Below are positions 49,981 to 59,702 of a DNA stretch of 64,000 bases, one piece after another; position 1 is the first letter of the stretch, and each line of letters opens with the position of its first letter. Position numbers and translations under genes: made by a program. The DNA is taken from positions 9,057-73,056 of the forward strand of contig CAVIGE010000004.1 of NCBI GenBank assembly GCA_963642325.1, given 5' to 3'. The DNA is from Prevotella sp. CAG:279 (GTDB taxonomy: Bacteria > Bacillota > Clostridia > Lachnospirales > Lachnospiraceae). The notes beneath the pieces are model-generated. The model did not search any database. It was not told the origin of the DNA and saw nothing but the letters and a program-made list of their open reading frames with translations.

Positions 49981-51141
49981 ATGGGAAAATTACGGAACAG
50001 TAAAAAAAAATACAGAAAAAAATCAGATTATTACGATTACAATCTGGTTGCGGTCATCGTGCTTCTGGTATGTTTTGGTCTGGTCATGCTTTATAGTACC
50101 AGTTCTTATATGGCAGAAGTAAATTACGGCAGCGACATGTTTTATTTTAAGAAGCAGGCACTGATCAGTGCCGCCTGTCTGATTGCGGCTTTGTTTGTTT
50201 CGAAGATCCTGGATTATCATATTCTGGTGCCGTTTACCACAGCTTTGTATGTGGCAGCACTGATCCTTATGGGGCTGGTACGGACACCGCTTGGACATTC
50301 TTCCCATGGTGCTACCAGATGGCTGTACATTGGCCCGATCAACTTTCAGCCGGCTGAGGTTGCGAAGATTGCGGTTATTGTTATGATGGCCTATATGATC
50401 TGTAAGATGGGACGTAAGGTCAAGACCCTGAAGAGCTGTATGATACTGGGACTCCCAGGTACCGGCCTTGCATTTGCGGCATATATGCTGACGGATAACC
50501 TGAGTACAGCTTTGATCATTCTGGGAATTACTGTGGGAATGGTCTTTGTGGCACATCCGGATATGCGGCCGTTTATTATCGTGGGTGTGATCGGCCTGGC
50601 ACTGATCGTAGTCGGCATACTTTTCCTGGTTGCAACGACCACGAGCAGTGACAGCTTCCGTGTCATGCGAGTTCTTGTATGGCTCCAGCCCGAGAAGTAT
50701 TCTGATGAGGGCGGTTATCAGACCTTACAGGCACTGTATGCCATTGGCTCAGGCGGATTTTTTGGCAGGGGACTGGGAAACAGTATCCAGAAGCTTGGCA
50801 GTGTTCCGGAAGCACAGAATGATATGATCTTTTCCATTATCTGTGAAGAACTTGGGATTTTTGGAGGGCTTTTTGTCCTGATCCTGTTCGGTTATCTTCT
50901 GTACAGGCTGTTTTTTATTGCACAGAATGCACCGGATCTGTTCGGTTCGCTGCTTGTTACGGGGATTTTTATACATATTGCACTGCAGGTGGTATTAAAC
51001 ATTGCCGTTGTGCTGAATCTGATGCCAAATACAGGTGTCACGCTGCCCTTTATCAGCTACGGTGGAACGTCCATTGTGTTCCTCATGTCAGAGATGGCAC
51101 TGACCCTCAGTGTGGCCCGTCAGATAAAATTTCAGGAATAA
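49981..51141 (+). CDS. FtsW/RodA/SpoVE family peptidoglycan glycosyltransferase
   Basis: GATRW, FQPAEVAK, GYQ, GRGLGNS.QK, PEAQNDMIF, TGVTLPFISYGG. Confidence 0.92.
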   Translation: MGKLRNSKKKYRKKSDYYDYNLVAVIVLLVCFGLVMLYSTSSYMAEVNYGSDMFYFKKQALISAACLIAALFVSKILDYHILVPFTTALYVAALILMGLVRTPLGHSSHGATRWLYIGPINFQPAEVAKIAVIVMMAYMICKMGRKVKTLKSCMILGLPGTGLAFAAYMLTDNLSTALIILGITVGMVFVAHPDMRPFIIVGVIGLALIVVGILFLVATTTSSDSFRVMRVLVWLQPEKYSDEGGYQTLQALYAIGSGGFFGRGLGNSIQKLGSVPEAQNDMIFSIICEELGIFGGLFVLILFGYLLYRLFFIAQNAPDLFGSLLVTGIFIHIALQVVLNIAVVLNLMPNTGVTLPFISYGGTSIVFLMSEMALTLSVARQIKFQE

Positions 51142-51142
51142 A

Positions 51143-51226
51143 ATAGTTTTAAAATCAAAATATTTTTGCCGGATAGCCATTTTTTGGGAAAATCCTCTTG
51201 ACAACTGTTTTTCCAGACTATATACT
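51143..51226 (+). promoter_or_regulatory. acpP promoter with putative FabT/MarR-type operator
   Basis: ATAGTTTT-AAAAT-CAAAATAT at 51143-51163; TTGACA-17-TATACT at 51198-51226. Confidence 0.55.
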
Positions 51227-51282
51227 TTGCTCAAAAAGAGGAAACAGATTCGATCTGTAATGGTTAAAGGAGAAAATAAGAC

Positions 51283-51516
51283 ATGTTAGAAAAAATGAGC
51301 GAAATGCTTGCAGAGCAGTTAAATTGTGAAGCATCTATTATTACACCGGAGACATCCTTCAAGGATGATCTTGGGGCAGATTCCCTTGATCTGTTTGAAC
51401 TGGTTATGGCTCTCGAGGATGAGTATAATGTAGAGATTCCGGCAGAGGAACTTACAGATCTGAACACAGTTGGAGATGTGATCGAGTACCTCAAGAACAA
51501 GGGTGTGGAAGCATAA
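51283..51516 (+). CDS. acpP: Acyl carrier protein
   Basis: DLGADSLD phosphopantetheine motif. Confidence 0.95.
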   Translation: MLEKMSEMLAEQLNCEASIITPETSFKDDLGADSLDLFELVMALEDEYNVEIPAEELTDLNTVGDVIEYLKNKGVEA

Positions 51517-51623
51517 GATTTTAAGGATGTAAATGCAGAGCTAAGGATCCTCTGGAACGATAATGTTCCGGGGGATTTTTCTGGTAAATTACGAGCCTTT
51601 GAGGGAGAGGAGTTGAGTGGAAA

Positions 51624-52988
51624 ATGGGAAAAGACACGACCAATGACATGACGGCAGGGAACCCGGTGAAGCTGATCATAAAGTTTATGATCCCCATGTG
51701 TCTTGGAAATATTTTTCAGCAGTTTTATAACATTGCGGATTCTATCATCGCAGGCCAGTTCCTGGGTGTGGACGCGTTGGCGGCTATTGGAAGCACCGGT
51801 TCGCTGATGTTTTTTGTTACCGGATGGCTTAATGGACTGAGCAGTGGATTTGCTATTCTGGTGTCCCAGTGGTTTGGAGCAAAGCAATATGACAAGATGC
51901 GCCATTATGTGGCAATGTCCATTTATCTGGCGGTAGCCTTTGCCATCGTGATGACGATCGGGTTTGAGGCGTTAAATGAACCGATCCTGCGGCTGATGAA
52001 TTCGCCGGAAGATCTGATGGGTTCTGTGAAGGGATACATGGGAATCATTTATGCAGGCCTGATCGTGACGGCGGCATATAATTCGCTGGCTGCGTTTCTC
52101 CGTGCACTGGGCGATTCCAGATCGCCGTTATATTTTCTGATCATCTCGGCGGCTATCAATGTGGTACTGGATATTGTATTTATTGTAAAGGGTGGAATGG
52201 GAGTTGAGGGCTGCGCCTATGCAACGGTTATTGCACAGGCGATCTCGGCAATCTGCTGCCTTATCTTTATCATCAGGAAGTTCCCGATCCTGCATCTGAA
52301 AAAATCAGATTTCAGGATTTCGTTCACCAGCTTTCGGTATCTTCTGGCACTTGGTATTCCCATGGGACTGCAGTTTTCCATAACAGCCATCGGAACCATC
52401 ATTGTGCAGGGAGCGGTAAATATTTATGGTTCTGTATACATGGCAGGATTTTCAGCAGCAGGTAAGATCCAGAATATCATTGGGACGGTATTTGTGTCAT
52501 TTGGTGCAACGACAGCAACCTATGTGGGACAGAACCGTGGCGCAGGCAGAATGGATCGTGTGCAGGAGGGGATGCGTTACACCCAGATCATGATCCTGAT
52601 CTGGAGTGTTGTCACTATGATCGTGATGTTTTTCTTTGGAAAATACATGACCTGGCTGTTTATCGACAGTTCCCAGACGGATGTGATCAATGTTTCCGTT
52701 ACCTATTTTCATACCGTATTCTGGGCATATCCGTTCCTTGGAAGTATTTTTCTTTACAGAAATGGCCTGCAGGGCCTGGGATATGGCCTGGTTCCCATGC
52801 TTGGCGGTGTGTTTGAGCTGGTGGCACGAAGCGCGATCGTTATGTTTGTTGCAGGAAAAACGAGCTTTGCAGGTGTGTGTCTGGCTGACCCGGCGGCATG
52901 GATCGCTGCGCTGATCCCGCTGATCCCATATTACGTCTATGTGATGAGAAAATGGAAGAAAAACGGGAAACAGACGCTTCAGGTATGA
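51624..52988 (+). CDS. MATE family efflux transporter
   Basis: QQFYNIAD, RALGDSRSP, INVVLD, GQNRGA. Confidence 0.92.
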   Translation: MGKDTTNDMTAGNPVKLIIKFMIPMCLGNIFQQFYNIADSIIAGQFLGVDALAAIGSTGSLMFFVTGWLNGLSSGFAILVSQWFGAKQYDKMRHYVAMSIYLAVAFAIVMTIGFEALNEPILRLMNSPEDLMGSVKGYMGIIYAGLIVTAAYNSLAAFLRALGDSRSPLYFLIISAAINVVLDIVFIVKGGMGVEGCAYATVIAQAISAICCLIFIIRKFPILHLKKSDFRISFTSFRYLLALGIPMGLQFSITAIGTIIVQGAVNIYGSVYMAGFSAAGKIQNIIGTVFVSFGATTATYVGQNRGAGRMDRVQEGMRYTQIMILIWSVVTMIVMFFFGKYMTWLFIDSSQTDVINVSVTYFHTVFWAYPFLGSIFLYRNGLQGLGYGLVPMLGGVFELVARSAIVMFVAGKTSFAGVCLADPAAWIAALIPLIPYYVYVMRKWKKNGKQTLQV

Positions 52989-52997
52989 CAGAGGCGG

Positions 52998-53020
52998 CAG
53001 TGAACGAAGTAAACCGTAAC
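52998..53020. repeat. Degenerate family A repeat copy
   Basis: CAGTGAACGAAGTAAACCGTAAC matches 4446-4468 at 18/23 positions. Confidence 0.5.
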
Positions 53021-53171
53021 AAGTAACGGGGTAAAATATAAAATAGTCAGGAATGAATTTGGGGCTTGCAATTATGGAATATGCAGTTATAATGAAACTA
53101 TAACTGCTAAGAATTCCGAAGCATCTGGAATTCCGGTTAAAAACGAAGATCCAGAAGGGAGAACATAGATC

Positions 53172-53381
53172 ATGGAAATCACAAAGGAAACAACAATGGG
53201 CGAAATGCTGGCATATGATGAGAAGATTGCATATATTCTTATGCAGGAGGGAATGCACTGCATCGGCTGCCCGTCTTCTATCGGTGAGTCTCTTGAGGAG
53301 GCATGCATGGTACACGGGCTTGATGTGAACGTAGTACTTGCAGATATCCATCACTATGAGGAGACCAAGAACCAGAAATAA
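53172..53381 (+). CDS. DUF1858 domain protein
   Basis: ITKETTMGE, GMHCIGCP..ESLEEACMVHG. Confidence 0.88.
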   Translation: MEITKETTMGEMLAYDEKIAYILMQEGMHCIGCPSSIGESLEEACMVHGLDVNVVLADIHHYEETKNQK

Positions 53382-53409
53382 TATATAGAACGTACAGATT
53401 ACGGACCGT

Positions 53410-53467
53410 AAGGGATAACGACTGTGCATGTCTGTGAGGCATGCTGTCGTTATCCCTTTCTTTTTTT
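53410..53467 (+). terminator. Long terminator-like hairpin abutting pabA RBS
   Basis: AAGGGATAACGAC...GTCGTTATCCCTT plus inner GCATGTC/GGCATGC; TCTTTTTTT tail. Confidence 0.75.
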
Positions 53468-53479
53468 GGAGGGAAAAAT

Positions 53480-54088
53480 ATGTATGTAATGATCGACAAT
53501 TTTGATTCGTTTTCTTATAATCTGAAGGCGTATTTTCAGGAGCTTGGAAGAAAAATCATGGTGAAACGCTGTGATGAGATCACACTGGAGAACCTGGAAA
53601 AGATGAATCCGGAAGGAATCATTCTCTCCCCGGGCCCGAAACGCCCCTGGGATGCGGTACTTTGTGTGGAAGCAGTAAAAAGATTTCAGGGAAGGATCCC
53701 AATCTTAGGTGTTTGTCTGGGGCATCAGGTTATTGGCCACTGTGCAGGGGCAGCCGTGATAAAAGGGGCACGCCCCATGCACGGAAAAGTGACGGAGATC
53801 CACAATTACGGAACCGGCGTATTTGCCGCTCTGCCGGAGCACTATAAGGTAACGAGATACCATTCTCTGGTCGTGCAGAAAGAATGCATCCCGGAAGAAT
53901 ATCAGGTGGATGCGGTTTCCGATGACGGGGTAATTATGGGAATTTCGCATAAAACACAGCCCCTGTATGGAGTGCAGTTCCATCCGGAGGCCGTTCTCAC
54001 GGAATATGGCCATGAGCTTCTTGAAAATTTCTGCAGGATCGCAGAGGAATTTCAGCAGGAGAAAAAAGAATTGACCGTACAGGAGTGA
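53480..54088 (+). CDS. pabA: Aminodeoxychorismate synthase glutaminase component
   Basis: IDNFDSF, SPGP, GVCLGHQ, RYHSL, QFHPE; adjacent to pabB/pabC. Confidence 0.88.
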   Translation: MYVMIDNFDSFSYNLKAYFQELGRKIMVKRCDEITLENLEKMNPEGIILSPGPKRPWDAVLCVEAVKRFQGRIPILGVCLGHQVIGHCAGAAVIKGARPMHGKVTEIHNYGTGVFAALPEHYKVTRYHSLVVQKECIPEEYQVDAVSDDGVIMGISHKTQPLYGVQFHPEAVLTEYGHELLENFCRIAEEFQQEKKELTVQE

Positions 54089-54091
54089 AAT

Positions 54092-55486
54092 ATGTATAAA
54101 AATCAGAGAATCATAAAAGAACTGACCCCATATATCCCGGCAGCGGATATTTTCCGGATCTACGAGAAAGAACCAGGAGTGGCATTTCTGGATTCTTCCC
54201 TTGTCAACGAACTGGGACGCTATTCCATGATCGGAAGAAATCCCTATCTGAAGCTGGTAAAAGACGGAGAAGCCTTTACGATCAATGGGAAAACGGAAAC
54301 AGAGACAACGTTTGAAGATTACATGCGGGAATATCTGAACAGCCATGAAGATAAAAACAGAAGCGGACTTCCCCTTGTTTCCGGAGCAATAGGATATTTT
54401 TCCTATGATTATGGAAGAGAGAAGATGGGAGTGCCATCCAAAGAAAAAAATCTAGTGACCATTCCGGAAGCGGTTCTGACATTTTATGACTGTTTTGTGG
54501 TGGAAGACTGCCGGAAAAAAAGAACATATCTGGTATCAAATGGAATTACGGAGGATGCCGCAGCGCAGATCAAAACGATGGAAGAAGCAATCCGGAAATC
54601 GGTAGAAAACAAAAAAAGGGAAACCGGGGAAAATATAAATGTCCGGATTTCTCACCGTGAGAAATTGAAGATCCGGATTTCCCCAAACTTTGAAAAGGAA
54701 GAGTACAAACAGGCCATAGAGCGGATGATCCGGTATATTATAGAAGGGGATATCTATATTGCCAATATGACACAGCAGATGACCATCGAGAGTGTCAAAA
54801 AGCCACTGGAGGTTTTTTACGACCTCCGGAAAAACAATCCTTCGCCATTTGGCGGGTATCTGGATTTTGGGGATCATCAGATCATCTGTGCCTCTCCGGA
54901 GCGTTTTCTGGAGATGAAAGACCGCCATATAAACACCCGCCCGATAAAGGGAACCCGAAAAAGGGGTGCAGCACCTAAGGAGGATGAAAGACTCCGAAAG
55001 GAACTGGAAGATTCAGGTAAAGATAAAAGTGAGCTTCTGATGATCGTGGATCTCGAACGAAACGATCTGAACCGGGTATGTATACCTGGAAGCGTAAAAG
55101 TGACAGAGCTTTTTAAGGTAGAAGCGTATGCAACGGTTTTTCATCTGGTATCTAATATAGAAGGAATTCTTACAGATGACAAAAATGTGATGGATCTTCT
55201 GGAAGCTGCGTTCCCGGGAGGTTCCATTACGGGAGCACCGAAATACCGTGCCATGGAGATCATCGATGAACTGGAACATGGCAGGCGCGATCTTTACACA
55301 GGTTCCATCGGCTATCTGACACTGGATGGTGGCTGCGATTTCAACATTGTGATCCGCACGGCACTTTATAAAGAGGGAAAATATCATCTTGGCGTTGGCG
55401 GTGGGATCACGGCAGAATCGGACCTGGAATTCGAATATGAAGAAACCCTGCAGAAAGCCAAAGCAATCCTGGATGCACTGCAGTAG
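54092..55486 (+). CDS. pabB: Aminodeoxychorismate synthase component I
   Basis: SPERFL, PIKGT, MIVDLERND, FPGGSITGAPK. Confidence 0.92.
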   Translation: MYKNQRIIKELTPYIPAADIFRIYEKEPGVAFLDSSLVNELGRYSMIGRNPYLKLVKDGEAFTINGKTETETTFEDYMREYLNSHEDKNRSGLPLVSGAIGYFSYDYGREKMGVPSKEKNLVTIPEAVLTFYDCFVVEDCRKKRTYLVSNGITEDAAAQIKTMEEAIRKSVENKKRETGENINVRISHREKLKIRISPNFEKEEYKQAIERMIRYIIEGDIYIANMTQQMTIESVKKPLEVFYDLRKNNPSPFGGYLDFGDHQIICASPERFLEMKDRHINTRPIKGTRKRGAAPKEDERLRKELEDSGKDKSELLMIVDLERNDLNRVCIPGSVKVTELFKVEAYATVFHLVSNIEGILTDDKNVMDLLEAAFPGGSITGAPKYRAMEIIDELEHGRRDLYTGSIGYLTLDGGCDFNIVIRTALYKEGKYHLGVGGGITAESDLEFEYEETLQKAKAILDALQ

Positions 55487-55525
55487 AGATCAGGATATAG
55501 GATATGACAGAAAAAGGAGAATTAT

Positions 55526-56302
55526 ATGAACGTGATACTGGACGATTGCTTTCAGTTTGGCCTGGGAGCCTTTGAAACGATCGGGATCGAGAATGGGTAT
55601 CCCATACTTCTGGAAAAACACCTGAAAAGGCTGGAACGGGCAGCGGATTTCCTGAAGCTGGGGAATCCGGAAGAGCGGGGTATCACCGCGCAGAAGATCA
55701 TAAAATATCTGGAAGAACAGAAAGAGCAAAAAGAAGTAAAGGATACATTTGGAAAGCTGGAGCATTGCGGCTTAAAAATAATGCTGACAAAGGAAAATGC
55801 AGTCTTTTCACTGCGAGCCAATCATTATACAGCCAAGAAATATGAGAAGGGCTTTTCCATGGATATCAGTGAGGTGAAACGCAATGAAACCTCTCCTCTG
55901 GTATATCATAAAACTATGAACTATGGAGACTGTATCCTGGAAAAAAGAAATGCAGCGGCGGCCGGTATGGATGAGAGACTCTTCCTCAATACCAAAAAAC
56001 AGATCGCAGAAGGAACTGTGAGCAATGTTTTCTTTGTGAGAAATGGTGTGATCTGTACACCGGGAGTCAGCTGTGGCCTTTTGCCCGGAGTCCTGCGGGA
56101 GCATATCTGTGAGAAGGAAGCTGTGAAAGAAACAGATATCTATGTTCAGGATCTGAAATGGTATCAGGAATGTTTTGTGACAAATTCCCTGATGGGAATC
56201 ATGCCGGTGCGCCAGATCGGAGAAATCCGTTTTGAGGAAGAATGCGTGGCCAGGGAGCTGATGAAGAAATATCAGGCTCTGATAAGAAAACATGAAATAT
56301 GA
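55526..56302 (+). CDS. pabC: Aminotransferase class IV, probable aminodeoxychorismate lyase
   Basis: FGLGAFET, HKTMNY, EGTVSN, LLPGV, FVTNSL; operon context. Confidence 0.8.
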   Translation: MNVILDDCFQFGLGAFETIGIENGYPILLEKHLKRLERAADFLKLGNPEERGITAQKIIKYLEEQKEQKEVKDTFGKLEHCGLKIMLTKENAVFSLRANHYTAKKYEKGFSMDISEVKRNETSPLVYHKTMNYGDCILEKRNAAAAGMDERLFLNTKKQIAEGTVSNVFFVRNGVICTPGVSCGLLPGVLREHICEKEAVKETDIYVQDLKWYQECFVTNSLMGIMPVRQIGEIRFEEECVARELMKKYQALIRKHEI

Positions 56303-56356
56303 AGGAATAAAAGTGTGTCAACCTGGAAAAACTGGGACTGATGCACTTTTTTTGTG

Positions 56357-56429
56357 CAAACTCAACCAAAATCGATCACGAATTTTGTGAAGTAGTTTGA
56401 TTGACTTTGAACGAATTTGGAAGTATACT
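56357..56429 (+). promoter_or_regulatory. fru operon promoter with FruR/DeoR-type 10-bp repeats
   Basis: TTTGATTGAC TTTGAACGAA TTTGGAAGTA (56396-56425) over TTGACT-17-TATACT; inverted copies at 56357-56378. Confidence 0.7.
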
Positions 56430-56500
56430 AAGTTCAACAAATGAGAAACAACAAAAAGCGGTCAAAAAACCGCAGATATAAAGATAGAGGAGGAGAAAAA

Positions 56501-57412
56501 ATGATCTGCACAGTTACCTTTAATCCATCTCTGGACTATATCGTTTCCGTGGAAGATTTCAAGCTCGGGCTTACCAACAGAACCAGCTCTGAGCTGATGC
56601 TCCCGGGTGGAAAGGGAATCAATGTTTCCACTGTGCTTATGAACCTCGGGATTGAGAATACAGCCCTTGGCTTCATGGCAGGCTTCGTTGGAGATGAGAT
56701 CGTAAGAAAGCTTGAGGAAATGGGAGTGACATCCGATTTTATCAAAATTCCGGAGGGCGTTTCCAGGATCAACCTGAAGCTCAAATCCATTGACGGAACC
56801 GAGATCAACGGAATGGGACCGGAGATCAGCAGCGATAAAGTTGAAAAGCTCATGGAGAAGCTTGATACCCTGAAGGAAGGCGATGTGCTTTTCCTTGCAG
56901 GAAGCATCCCGTCCTCCATGCCGGATGACATGTATGAGAAGATCATGGCACGGCTGGATGGAAAAGGCGTGATGATCGTTGTGGATGCAACCAGAGATCT
57001 TCTTGTAAATGTACTGAAGTATCATCCATTCCTTGTGAAACCCAACAATCACGAGCTTGGGGAGATATTTGGTGTGGAGCTTAAAACCCGCCAGGATGTA
57101 GTTCCCTATGGAAGGAAACTCCAGGAGAAGGGAGCCAGAAACGTTCTGATCTCCATGGCTGGTGAGGGTGCTGTACTGGTAGCAGAGGATGGCCAGGTAT
57201 TTGAGAAGCCGGCACCAAAGGGAACACTGGTAAATGGTGTAGGTGCAGGAGATTCCATGGTGGCAGGCTTTATGGCAGGCTGGATGGAAAAACAGGATTA
57301 TGAGCACGCATTCCACATGGGAATTTCTGCAGGAAGCGCAAGTGCATTTTCTGAAAATCTTGCTACAAGGGAAGAGATTCAGAATGTATATAAACAGGTA
57401 ACAGAGGGGTAA
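56501..57412 (+). CDS. fruK: 1-phosphofructokinase
   Basis: TVTFNPSLD, GGKGINVS, KPNNHEL, GVGAGDS. Confidence 0.93.
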   Translation: MICTVTFNPSLDYIVSVEDFKLGLTNRTSSELMLPGGKGINVSTVLMNLGIENTALGFMAGFVGDEIVRKLEEMGVTSDFIKIPEGVSRINLKLKSIDGTEINGMGPEISSDKVEKLMEKLDTLKEGDVLFLAGSIPSSMPDDMYEKIMARLDGKGVMIVVDATRDLLVNVLKYHPFLVKPNNHELGEIFGVELKTRQDVVPYGRKLQEKGARNVLISMAGEGAVLVAEDGQVFEKPAPKGTLVNGVGAGDSMVAGFMAGWMEKQDYEHAFHMGISAGSASAFSENLATREEIQNVYKQVTEG

Positions 57413-57432
57413 CTAAGAAAGGAGAAGGGAAG

Positions 57433-59346
57433 ATGAGAATTACAGATCTGCTTGATAAGCGAAGCATTTCGCTGGATGCAGCACCGAAGAGCAAATCCGA
57501 AGCCCTGGATATGGCTGTGGATCTTATGGCAAAAAGTGAGAAGATCAGCGACAGGGAAGCTTATCGGAAACAGGTATATTTGAGAGAAGAAGAGAGTACA
57601 ACCGGAATTGGTGAGGGGATCGCCATTCCTCATGGAAAATGCGATGCGGTAAAGAAACCGGGACTTGCAGCCATGGTTGTAAAAAACGGCGTGGAGTTCG
57701 AAGCACTGGATGATGAGCCGGTAACACTACTTTTTCTGATCGCAGCACCGAATACAGAGGATAATATCCACCTGGATGTACTCAGCAAGCTCTCCGTGAT
57801 GCTGATGGATGACAATTTTACAGAATCCTTACGCAATGCAGGGTCTGTAGATGAATTTATGGAGATCATCGACAAGGCAGATGATGAGAAAAAGGACATT
57901 GATGAGAGACTGGCAGACACTGGAAGTTCCGAAGGAGCCAGAGCCAAACTGCTGGCCGTTACTTCCTGCCCGACAGGTATTGCCCACACCTACATGGCAG
58001 CAGAAGGACTGGAAAAGGCAGCCAAGGCGAAAGATTGCTTCATTAAAATAGAAACAAGAGGCTCCGGCGGAGCAAAAAATGTACTTACTGACAAAGAGAT
58101 CCAGGAAGCAGACTGCATTATCGTAGCAGCTGACGCAAAGGTTCCAATGGATCGTTTCGATGGGAAGAAGGTCATCGAGTGTCAGGTTTCTGATGGAATC
58201 AGCAAGGCAGACCAGCTTGTGGACCGTGCGATTTCCGGAGATGTTCCTGTATATCATGCAGCGGCAGGCAGCCAGAGTTCTTCCTCAAATGCGAAAGCAG
58301 GCGGCGGAGCAGGACATAAGCTCTACATGCAGCTGATGAACGGTGTATCCCATATGCTTCCGCTGGTCGTTGGCGGCGGTATCCTGATCGCCCTTGCCTT
58401 CCTGATCGATGGATTAAGCGTAGATTTAAATTCACTTCCGGCAGACCAGAGAGCAAATTTTGGTACGATTACACCGGTAGCAGCGGTTCTTAAAAGCATC
58501 GGCGGAACAGCGTTCGGCTTCATGCTTCCGGTTCTTGCTGGATTTATCGCAATGGCAATCGGTGACAGACCGGCACTTGCAGTTGGTCTTGTAGGTGGTA
58601 TGATCGCAGCAAATGGAAAATCCGGTTTCCTTGGAGCACTGCTTGCAGGTTTCCTTGCAGGATATTTGATCCTTGCGCTTCGTAAGGTCTGCGACAAGCT
58701 TCCGGAAGCACTGGAAAAAATCGCACCTGTACTGATCTATCCGGTTGTCGGTGTCCTTCTTATGGGACTTTGCATGACATTTATTGTAGAGCCGATCATG
58801 GGCGGTATCAACACAGGATTAAATAATGCCTTGACAGGCATGGGAAATTCAAGTAAAGTAATTTTAGGACTGGTTCTCGGCGGAATGATGGCCATTGATA
58901 TGGGTGGCCCATTCAACAAAGCAGCATATGTATTCGGTACGGCTGCGATCGCAGCGGGTAACTACGACATCATGGCAGCAGTTATGGTAGGCGGTATGAC
59001 TCCTCCATGTGCCATCGCACTGGCATCTCTGCTTTTCAAGGATAAATTTACAAAAGAGGAACGTGAGGCAGGCCCGACGAACTTCATTATGGGACTTGCG
59101 TTTATTACAGAGGGAGCAATTCCTTTCGCGGCATCTGACCCGATCCATGTACTTCCGTCCTGTATCGTTGGTTCAGCTGTAGCAGGAGCGATCTCCATGT
59201 TCTTCAAGTGTACACTTATGGCACCTCACGGCGGAATCTTTGTATTCCCGGTTGTAGGCAATGCACTGATGTATCTGGTTGCACTGGTGGCCGGAACCCT
59301 GATCTCAGCAGTACTTCTTGGTGTGCTGAAGAAAAAAGTCGCTTAG
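57433..59346 (+). CDS. fruA: PTS fructose-specific EIIABC
   Basis: GIAIPHG (EIIA), CPTGIAHTYMA (EIIB), GVSHMLP and DMGGPFNK (EIIC). Confidence 0.95.
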   Translation: MRITDLLDKRSISLDAAPKSKSEALDMAVDLMAKSEKISDREAYRKQVYLREEESTTGIGEGIAIPHGKCDAVKKPGLAAMVVKNGVEFEALDDEPVTLLFLIAAPNTEDNIHLDVLSKLSVMLMDDNFTESLRNAGSVDEFMEIIDKADDEKKDIDERLADTGSSEGARAKLLAVTSCPTGIAHTYMAAEGLEKAAKAKDCFIKIETRGSGGAKNVLTDKEIQEADCIIVAADAKVPMDRFDGKKVIECQVSDGISKADQLVDRAISGDVPVYHAAAGSQSSSSNAKAGGGAGHKLYMQLMNGVSHMLPLVVGGGILIALAFLIDGLSVDLNSLPADQRANFGTITPVAAVLKSIGGTAFGFMLPVLAGFIAMAIGDRPALAVGLVGGMIAANGKSGFLGALLAGFLAGYLILALRKVCDKLPEALEKIAPVLIYPVVGVLLMGLCMTFIVEPIMGGINTGLNNALTGMGNSSKVILGLVLGGMMAIDMGGPFNKAAYVFGTAAIAAGNYDIMAAVMVGGMTPPCAIALASLLFKDKFTKEEREAGPTNFIMGLAFITEGAIPFAASDPIHVLPSCIVGSAVAGAISMFFKCTLMAPHGGIFVFPVVGNALMYLVALVAGTLISAVLLGVLKKKVA

Positions 59347-59375
59347 TTTTATTAAAGAATCTGGAGGATAAAAAG

Positions 59376-59633
59376 ATGAAAGAATTCAAGTACGTAGTAA
59401 CAGATAACGAAGGAATCCATGCACGTCCGGCCGGAGAGCTTGTGAAGCTCGTAAAAGGTTTTGAGTCCAAGATCACGATCGAGAAGGACGGCAAGACTGT
59501 AGAGTGCAGAAAGCTTCTTGCGCTTATGGGACTTGGCGTAAAGAAAGGCCATGAGGTTACTTTCACATTCGATGGTGCAGATGAGGATGCAGCATATGAG
59601 GCAGTAAGCAAATTTATGCAGGAGAACCTGTAA
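59376..59633 (+). CDS. HPr phosphocarrier (His15 present, Ser46 replaced by Lys)
   Basis: GIHARPA; GGAGG RBS. Confidence 0.92.
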   Translation: MKEFKYVVTDNEGIHARPAGELVKLVKGFESKITIEKDGKTVECRKLLALMGLGVKKGHEVTFTFDGADEDAAYEAVSKFMQENL

Positions 59634-59652
59634 TTTCGAAATAAGCGAACAG

Positions 59653-59688
59653 AAGACATCCCGGTCTGGTGATCGGGGTGTCTTTTTT
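59653..59688 (+). terminator. Intrinsic terminator
   Basis: AAGACATCCCGGTC-TGGT-GATCGGGGTGTCTT plus T tract. Confidence 0.8.
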
Positions 59689-59702
59689 AAGGAGGAAATA
59701 AG

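Noticed and set aside
53382..53479. THF or ZTP riboswitch before pabA
   Set aside because: Consensus elements not recognisable; kept only as an unclassified hairpin.
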